Origin: Candidatus Sumerlaeaceae bacterium
GTDB lineage: Bacteria > Sumerlaeota > Sumerlaeia > Sumerlaeales > Sumerlaeaceae
Length of the DNA stretch: 64,000 nt
Assembly (NCBI GenBank): GCA_051003195.1
Contig: JBPCLP010000028.1
Coordinates: 53,939-117,938, forward strand
Reading direction: 5' to 3'
Shown here in pieces: positions 51,201 through 57,700 of the stretch. Position 1 is the first letter of the stretch; the number at the start of each line of letters is the position of its first letter. A program made the translations under genes and the position numbers. The notes below the pieces were generated by a model. It was not told the origin of the DNA. It ran no database searches and saw only the letters and a program-made list of their open reading frames with translations.

Positions 51201-52382
51201 TTTGGATGGGGCGACAATAGCTGGTTCGAGGGCTTCGATACGCATTTCTCCGAACCGCGGATTTCCATGCTGTTCCGCGACCTGTCTACCTTTGACGGAG
51301 GGCTCTGGTGGCAACAACTCGCCGACCGGGCCGTGGTCACGTTTGTGGACGTGCCGGAGCTGTTCACAATAAATGACCTTCCAACCCTGGTTGGCTCCAA
51401 CAATTTCCAATGTGAGCTTTTTTACAACGGCGTCATCCGGATGACGTGGCTGGATCTCACCTGTCGAGCTGGCCTGGTCGGTCTTTCCCGCGGAGAGGGA
51501 ATCCCGCCGGGCTTTATCGAAAGCGACTTCTCAGCTTACGCCTCGTGCGTTCCGCCGGACGTGAACGTTACACCGCCTGCACTGACCTTTAACCTGCAGC
51601 CCGGCACGAGCGGTACCCAGAACCTGACAATCCAGAACACGGCCACTGCGGGGGCGGATCAACTGAGCTACAACCTGGCACTTACACCGATCCCAAGCGG
51701 CACGGAAACCGTCGGCGCGGAATGGATAGTGGCATCCGGGACCAACCGCTACCGCGGCAACACGTTCCTTGCTTCCCAGAACCGTACCCTCACGCTCATT
51801 GAATCGCGGCTGAACTTCACAGGATCCGCCTCACTCAATTTCGTCGTGTATGAATCCACCACACTTAACGGTACCTACTCACGCATTCACACGCAGACAG
51901 TCACCCGGACGGGCAGCGGCGATGCTTTCTATGCCTCGAACCCGCTCAGCGTGTCGCTTGTATCGGGGCGGTATTACATCATCGCCGTCGGATGGGGCGC
52001 TTCGTACACGGTTTCCTACTCCGTGGATGGAAATACAACTGTTCTCCCGGTCAATTTCGGCACGCGCCAGAATGGGTTCCTTGTGGATGCTACATACCCG
52101 CTCCCGGTAAGCACGACGAATGCCGTTGCGAGTTACAGCTACGTGCAGCGCCTGACCACGACCGGCGGAGGCTGGCTGAGCACAAATGTGAGGAGCGGAG
52201 CGGCAGGCACAGGCGCTGGCAGTGTGATCTCTGTAAGCGCGAACACCGCGGGGCTGGCGAACGGATCGTATAACGGCAACATCGCCGTCACGACAAATGA
52301 CCCGGACGAAAGCTTCCTCAACATTCCAGTAACGCTGAATGCGCAAGTGCCGGCGCAGTTGTCGCAATTCGTGCTGGAGTAG
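48225..52382 (+). CDS. Secreted S8 (subtilisin-like) serine peptidase with C-terminal beta-rich domains, ending VPAQLSQFVLE; start 48225 or 48261
   Basis: Signal peptide; triad VLVYDGG, HPTHVSGT, GTSMAAP; SWGPTDDGR.KPD; LKVTLAWDD..LVNDLDL domain; FN3- and BACON-like segments. Confidence 0.92.
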   Translation: MDIPQRHTGASDMLKHRTWTRFVLSGCFTLLFVTFLCAAPIEWRSPGVGSAAGQPDSISTLNQPGTMHRVMQFSKVPTEHARESLRANGIELLRYLGSNSYFAAVRGGPAAAASATAHQVISAAAIERAWKLHPDLLSRQFPAFSVFDVPGMQLSGDKIDRSENSTETVVALYAVFHPDVRLERIAVPTVARHRGVVRDRMRSINALVIWIPLPELEALADEDVVEWLEPPLPPLDVVNDSNRVITQTNTVQQAPYNLSGAGINVLVYDGGRAHAFHADFAGRLTGRDTSPMHYHPTHVSGTIGGSGASSAANGGTANQWRGMAPAVTMQSYGFEYDGTGTFLYTNPGDLEADYNEAINTYGAVISNNSIGTNTAANGFPCAYEGDYGATDMLIDSIVRGSLGSPMRIIWANGNERGSGRCGTTYTTTAPPACAKNHITVGAVNSNDDSITGFTSWGPTDDGRMKPDVSAPGCEVGGDGGVTSAISGGYYALCGTSMAAPTVTGICALLLQDWKAQFPDSPLPPNAMLKVLLAHNAQDRGNAGPDYQFGYGSVRAQATVDFLRLGSLKQNSISQGQQQDILVYVPNGPGTLKVTLAWDDPAGAANTTPELVNDLDLVAISPSNVTNYPWTLNPASPATAAVRTTVDRRNNIEQVLVSNPAGGVWTIRVTGFSVAQGPQPYSIASSPLMQNCSSAGTIALNASTYSCSATVGVNVVDCDLNTNNATVQTLNVNVSSTNEPAGESIVLTETSSGSAKFSGSITVSTTNSPGVLHATNGANITATYNDANNGSGAAVVTDTATLDCIGPVISNVQITSVTNTQATITFATNEPATSQARYGTNCGALGSTSAQYSVITNHSLLVSGLSQLTTYTLAVDATDVAGNTTTANNSGSCYTFTTLATPDSFTEWFSSGENDISNRTLTFTPDNSVAGYTVCSAAASAFPTDYSTGEQWALEDDGFSANWTTFNLLDGKQIVLYGNSYSSVNVSDNGHLTFGWGDNSWFEGFDTHFSEPRISMLFRDLSTFDGGLWWQQLADRAVVTFVDVPELFTINDLPTLVGSNNFQCELFYNGVIRMTWLDLTCRAGLVGLSRGEGIPPGFIESDFSAYASCVPPDVNVTPPALTFNLQPGTSGTQNLTIQNTATAGADQLSYNLALTPIPSGTETVGAEWIVASGTNRYRGNTFLASQNRTLTLIESRLNFTGSASLNFVVYESTTLNGTYSRIHTQTVTRTGSGDAFYASNPLSVSLVSGRYYIIAVGWGASYTVSYSVDGNTTVLPVNFGTRQNGFLVDATYPLPVSTTNAVASYSYVQRLTTTGGGWLSTNVRSGAAGTGAGSVISVSANTAGLANGSYNGNIAVTTNDPDESFLNIPVTLNAQVPAQLSQFVLE

Positions 52383-52419
52383 CCCAGTGAAACTTGGGAA
52401 CGAAATTGGTTTTGAGGGG

Positions 52420-52603
52420 TCATCCATGTGCCGCGTGTGCGGCGCGGCTGCTCCATGCGTATTGCTCAGCCTGGGCGACCATGAGGGCGCGCAGCGGGTT
52501 TGCTTCTACGTATCGCACGCCATGCCACAGGTGGCCGTCATCGAGTACGGTTGAGTAAAATCGGTTGGCCCAAAGATGACCGCTCCAGCCGTTTTCGCGA
52601 TTA
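52420..52603 (-). pseudogene. Remnant (C-terminal half) of a REP-associated tyrosine transposase (RAYT/Y1)
   Basis: NR..GWSGHLWANRFYS......HL....RYVEANPLRA.MV...EQYAWSS; N-terminal HUH half absent. Confidence 0.78.
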
Positions 52604-52606
52604 AGA

Positions 52607-52647
52607 TCTGGGGTCAGCTCCCGAACAGATCGGGAGCTGACCCCAGA
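52607..52647. repeat. Perfect 18-bp inverted repeat (REP-like) beside the RAYT remnant
   Basis: TCTGGGGTCAGCTCCCGA-ACAGA-TCGGGAGCTGACCCCAGA. Confidence 0.85.
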
Positions 52648-52672
52648 ATTCTTTTGAAGGCGCACTGACTGT

Positions 52673-54421
52673 TTAGAGTTTGGCAATGCTTTTGGGAACT
52701 CGCCTGCCTGACAATATCAGCAACAGAGCGAATCCGATACACCAGTACATTCCCAGGCAGATTGCTGCCGGGAGATAGCGCAGATATTGAGGGACGTTCA
52801 TGAATTCCGAAGTGGCCCACGCGTCTGCTTTCATTGCGAGCAACGCACCGCCGAATGCTCCCATCAGGAGGCAAACCGCGAAGTATGTCCACGTGCGGCC
52901 GATGACGTTGCGAAGAGCCATCGCGCCCGAAAACGCTCCGGATGAAATCGCTGCAATGAGTACCGCAATCTTCGTTTCCCGGTGCTCGAGAGCCATGGCA
53001 AACAGCGGGGTCATGGGACCAAATATGGAACCCGCGAGAGCGCCCATGTCGTTCAGCAAGATGGCCCGTTTGCTGGGGGGAATCGGTTTCTTCTTTCCGG
53101 AAAGAAGGTCGAGGCGCTCCTGCACAGACACGCTTGGCGGGTTTGCGGAGAAGGCGCTGTCATCATATGAGATACGGGTGCCATGCCGATAAAGCGCCAG
53201 GAATAATGAGTGAGTAACGACGACCACGCCGCCTGTTAATGGCCACATGGTGCGGGTCCAGGGCATCGAGTATATCCAGTAGACCACGGCAAGCGAACCC
53301 GCAAGCGCCAGTGGAAATGTCCAGGCGAGAGTATACCAGACTCGACGGCGGGATAAGGAGGATAGTTCGAGAGGAATTGCCGGCGCGGGAATTTGTCCGG
53401 CGTCTTCGTTCATGATTCTCGTTCCCACGCGGTTTGAGCCCACGATCAGAACGAACAGCAGGATGATGTATACGCCCCAGCCAATCGCACAGAGTGTCAT
53501 CATGAGCGCAGGTCTGCTCCAGAAAAGAACGCCACTCATGCCCTGGTAACCGAGAAACAACCATACGAATGCATAGGTGAGCGCGCAGGATTTTAGCATG
53601 TACCGTCGCGTGCGAAGAGTTGCGCTGTTACGGATGCCCATCCACATACCGAAGAAACCGCCGGTCATGCCGATGAGCGTGCCTGCAAGTCCGCCAAGGG
53701 TACCCACGCCAATCGTGACTGCTATGGCAGAGGTACCGGACGCGCTCTTTCCGATGGCGGCGGCACTTGCCGCCCCTGCCGTAGCTGTCTGTGAAATTGC
53801 CAGCGGTAGCGCTGCCACAACTGCTATTGCGAACGAGGCTCCGGGCCGCGTTGTGAGCAGAGTATCCTCGACAATAGCTGCGACCTGTTCCTTCAGCATT
53901 CTGCGCCCGCGGGACAGTCGCTGGCGCACCGTATCTTCGGAAATATCCAGTGCCAGCGCCACAGCCCGTGACGATTTTCCCTCGCGGTAGTAAAGGACCA
54001 GCGGTTCGCGATACTCTTCGGGAATCGTGGAAAGCGTCTCCCAAACCACTGCCTCCCGCTCCGCCTGGTCCAGACGGGCCGCAACAGGATTGCCTGCCAC
54101 GGAGTGTTCAGGCATAATCTGCGCAGCATGACTGAGCGGATCGCTCAGCTGCGCGCGGCGCGAGTTTCGTGCAAGGTTGCGGGCGATGCCGCAAAGCCAT
54201 GCCGGCAGCTTCGCAACGTCGCGTAGCTCTCGCAGTCCTTTCCACGCCGTGATAAATGCTTCCTGGGCTACATCCTCACTCTGGTCCCGGTTCCCCGTTA
54301 TACTATAGGTTACGGAAGTCACAAGTCCCTGGTACTGCGTCACGAGTTGGCCGAAGGCATCCCTGTCTCCCAGACGCGCCTTTTCGAATATGCCTGCCAG
54401 TCGATGATCCAAAGTTTCCAC
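52673..54421 (-). CDS. ECF sigma factor with long C-terminal multi-TM extension
   Basis: GDRDAFGQLV, SEDVAQEAF..AW, AWLCGIARN, YREPLVLYY, TVRQRLSRGR..L; then ~9 hydrophobic helices; GGGAG SD, GTG start. Confidence 0.9.
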   Translation of the reverse strand: METLDHRLAGIFEKARLGDRDAFGQLVTQYQGLVTSVTYSITGNRDQSEDVAQEAFITAWKGLRELRDVAKLPAWLCGIARNLARNSRRAQLSDPLSHAAQIMPEHSVAGNPVAARLDQAEREAVVWETLSTIPEEYREPLVLYYREGKSSRAVALALDISEDTVRQRLSRGRRMLKEQVAAIVEDTLLTTRPGASFAIAVVAALPLAISQTATAGAASAAAIGKSASGTSAIAVTIGVGTLGGLAGTLIGMTGGFFGMWMGIRNSATLRTRRYMLKSCALTYAFVWLFLGYQGMSGVLFWSRPALMMTLCAIGWGVYIILLFVLIVGSNRVGTRIMNEDAGQIPAPAIPLELSSLSRRRVWYTLAWTFPLALAGSLAVVYWIYSMPWTRTMWPLTGGVVVVTHSLFLALYRHGTRISYDDSAFSANPPSVSVQERLDLLSGKKKPIPPSKRAILLNDMGALAGSIFGPMTPLFAMALEHRETKIAVLIAAISSGAFSGAMALRNVIGRTWTYFAVCLLMGAFGGALLAMKADAWATSEFMNVPQYLRYLPAAICLGMYWCIGFALLLILSGRRVPKSIAKL

Positions 54422-54723
54422 GTTCGTCCGCTCCCGTTCGTTCTTTCGACTATTAGTGGTAAATTCAATCGAAAGTGTGACGCGGAAACATTGCGTATCT
54501 CACATTTGTTACGGAATGGCATTCCCAGGTGACGATCTATCCGCGCGGGTGTTCTGTTGCGGCCTGATCGGCGTGGAGGTCAGTTTTTGCATTGTGGGGG
54601 ACTGTAGCACAGCGGTTTTGTGGATTGGTATTCCCCCACGAACCCTTAGAGACCCTACCGGCTACTTAAAGCGCAGAGGTTTCGGCTACAGTCGCCGGGC
54701 AGCCGTGGCCATGAAAAGAAACT

Positions 54724-54740
54724 GATCGGGAGCTGACCCC
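54724..54740. repeat. Second copy (one arm) of the REP-like repeat
   Basis: GATCGGGAGCTGACCCC identical to 52628-52644. Confidence 0.75.
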
Positions 54741-54751
54741 TGATCTCTGTT

Positions 54752-57700
54752 CTAAAAACTTTTGGGTGGAGTGTAGGGGAACAACACCGGTTGAGGTGAA
54801 TCATCCTCGCTCTCCTTGTGCGAGATTCTCGCCAGAACCGGTTCTTCCGGAGCAGCAGTGTTAAGTCCATCGTGCACATGAGAAAAACGAAGGCGATATG
54901 TTCCCCGGTAGGCGGCATTGTATGTAATGCGCTCCTGTTCAGGGGACTGGTCTGTCGCGGGAGCGAAGAAGGATGCAATGTCGCTCGGAAACATTCCCAG
55001 GGCGACCACTGCGGTTCGAGTGGTGCCGGAATCAAGCTTCACGCGAAGAATTGTGTTTTCAGCGCATACCCGGCCCGCCAGGAATTTGGGCAGGAGGAAC
55101 TTGCCCGATTGGCTGTTCTGTGCCGTGTAATGAATGATCGCGTACAGCGGATCAGATTTCGCATCGGGCTCCTTGCCGTCCTCCGGCAGAAAAAAGAGTT
55201 TGTAGTCACCACCTCTCGCTGCCGGGTAAGCGATCCAGGGATCATCGTCGGTTGCGGGCCGGGCAGGGTTGCATCGCGTGACAATCGCGGAAGCGGTGTC
55301 ACCTAACGCGACTGAGACTTGTTTTGTTGAGGTAGTCGAGCCGGAGGCGACGACCAGGTCGAGGGTGACAGTGTCTTTGCTTAGTTGCCGGCTTCGCAGA
55401 TCGCGCACGAAGGAAGCCGATGATGTTGTATCAGCAGAATGAGATGGGGGCAACTCTGCCGGCCCAGTAGTGGGAGCATCAAATCGCTGGCCGGCGTTTT
55501 GTGCTGTAACCGTATACCCGCGCTTCTGAGTCTCGTCCCAGATTTTAGCACCAGCAGGGTATTGGAAAAGCATAGATTCCTTTGGAACAGGCGCGTTAAT
55601 GTTCAGTTCCTTTGTGTTTACCTCGATCAGCAAATCTTCCGCGAGCGTTCGCCATGAGCCGCCAAGCTCGACAAGTAGTTCTTGGTGCACATCAGCACGG
55701 ACAGCCGTGTCCGACGTGATAAGCTCTTCCAGTTGCGTTACGGATATGCCACGTCTCGACGCCATTTTGTTTGCCGCCTTTTCCCAAACAGCTGCGTCGT
55801 GGTTGAGCCACTTACGATAGCGACCTCTGGACGGAAACCAAAGTCCCTGATGTTGCAGATACTCCAGCTTCTCAATATCGTACTGGATGCGCGGCCCTTT
55901 ACTGTCGTACTGCACAAATTTCGCCATTGCATAACCATTAGTCGGCGACAGCCAGATTTGTGAGTGGATGTCCCCGCCTATCACTTGGGCGTCCCACGTT
56001 ACGGTTTCCAGTCCGTTTACCTTTCCAGCCGGTCCGCGAAACTCGATTTTTTCGGGCTGCGTGAGGAGAATATCAACGAGATCCATCGATTTTACGTCTG
56101 TGGTTTCGGTGCGCTGTTTGCCGGTTCCCGACCAGTTTGTAAATAAGCCGTAGCCGAGCAGACTCAAGGGAGTTAGATGATCATCTAAACACCAGGGCGC
56201 CTCAATGACCACAGTACCACTGCCGTCAGCCTTCCTGTTTTTTGGGAACTCATTGTAAGAATGCATGAGCTTGGTTTGTGCATCGTAGGAGAACGTCAGG
56301 CGATTGGATTGGTCGGGCAGCCCACGATCGTTGAATTCCTGCAGTAGGAAAGAGCTGCCGTCCCACAACAGTCGTGATTCCATGCCTTTTAAGTTTTTTG
56401 CGGACGGGCTCTCGGATGAGTACGGGATTACCCTGTAGGTGGCACGAAGAGTTTGCACGGCACGAACTTTCGGCATTACTTCTGCAGTCGGGCGGCTTAC
56501 GAACGCCGTTGTAGAAGTAGCCTTATTTAGCGACTGAGGCTGTGACGGGCTTGTGGTCGTGTCGACAGGTGCAGTCGCCGGAGACTGAGAACGCAGCGTA
56601 CGTTCCTGTTTCGCCTGCTCGCCCTCAAATTCGTCGCGTACAAGACGATACCGAACTCTCATTCCTCGCGGCGTTTCCGAAGGGCCGCTAAGCTGGAATA
56701 CTCCACGGCCTCGTTCCCGCGTCAAGAATTTGACAGCAGCAGGGGTACGCAAGGCAGTACGATTGAATGCCGGTTGTGCCACGGCTGCCTCGCGCTTTTC
56801 TTTTGAAACGATACTCGTGGCTGAAATCACATCGGATGCTTTGATTTCATTCCATGCCGGCCTTGGATCCATGGGGTCAAAACTTCCTTCCAGGATGTGA
56901 ACCGAACCATCCGCAGAGAGAAACGCGTCGGCTCCGCTGTCGCGCAACCAGCGTAGAACTGAAGGAGAATAATTCGGTACGGTCTGGTTGATTTCGCTCA
57001 TGACTTCATCCGTCGGCGTGAGAAGCTTCCCGGAATCCAGATCCAGCATACAGGCTGTTTCTGTCGTAAGGTGGGGAAGCACACGCTCCACACTCGGGCT
57101 GAGCAGAACTTTTGATGCCGCAGTCATGTCGGATGTTTCGCTTACACGACCGGGCCCAACGTTACCCGCAGCTTCCACGCGGGTCGTCGAAGTCACTTCA
57201 GAATTCGCATCTCCTGAGCTGCCCATAACCTCGTAAAGGATCTTCAGGCCTCGCGGGTTTTCGGAAAACCCGGCCAATTCCAAAACTCCCGTTGTTCCTT
57301 CACGTGTTTTGAAGAACCAGGTGCGGGATCGATCCGCCGTTAACCTGGCGACATGGCGTTTCTGTTCAGGTGCGGTCGTGTCGCCCGAGCTTCTCAGCTG
57401 CGCACTGTGGAAGGTCCTTTTCGCGTTTCCTGGAGGGGGAGTCTTGAAATCCCAGGCGGCCCATGCATCACGTATCGCCCAGGGCGGCAGGTTCTCCCAT
57501 GCGGTCAGGTCGCTATATGCAAAAAGGCCGTCGAAGCCGATGACCATATCTTCGCCGAGGTACATCAGATCGGCGCCGCTTTCGCGCAGCCATTCAATGT
57601 AACGACCAGGGCGCGGAACTTCATCTGTTCCGACGGATTGCCACAGAATGTCGGTGAGCTCCGTGTTCGTTGTATTAAGCGTATCGATAATCTCACGCGG

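Noticed and set aside
52604..52686. N-terminal part of the 88-aa ORF as part of the transposase
   Set aside because: It is read through the palindrome and the end of the ECF gene; only the downstream part resembles RAYT.
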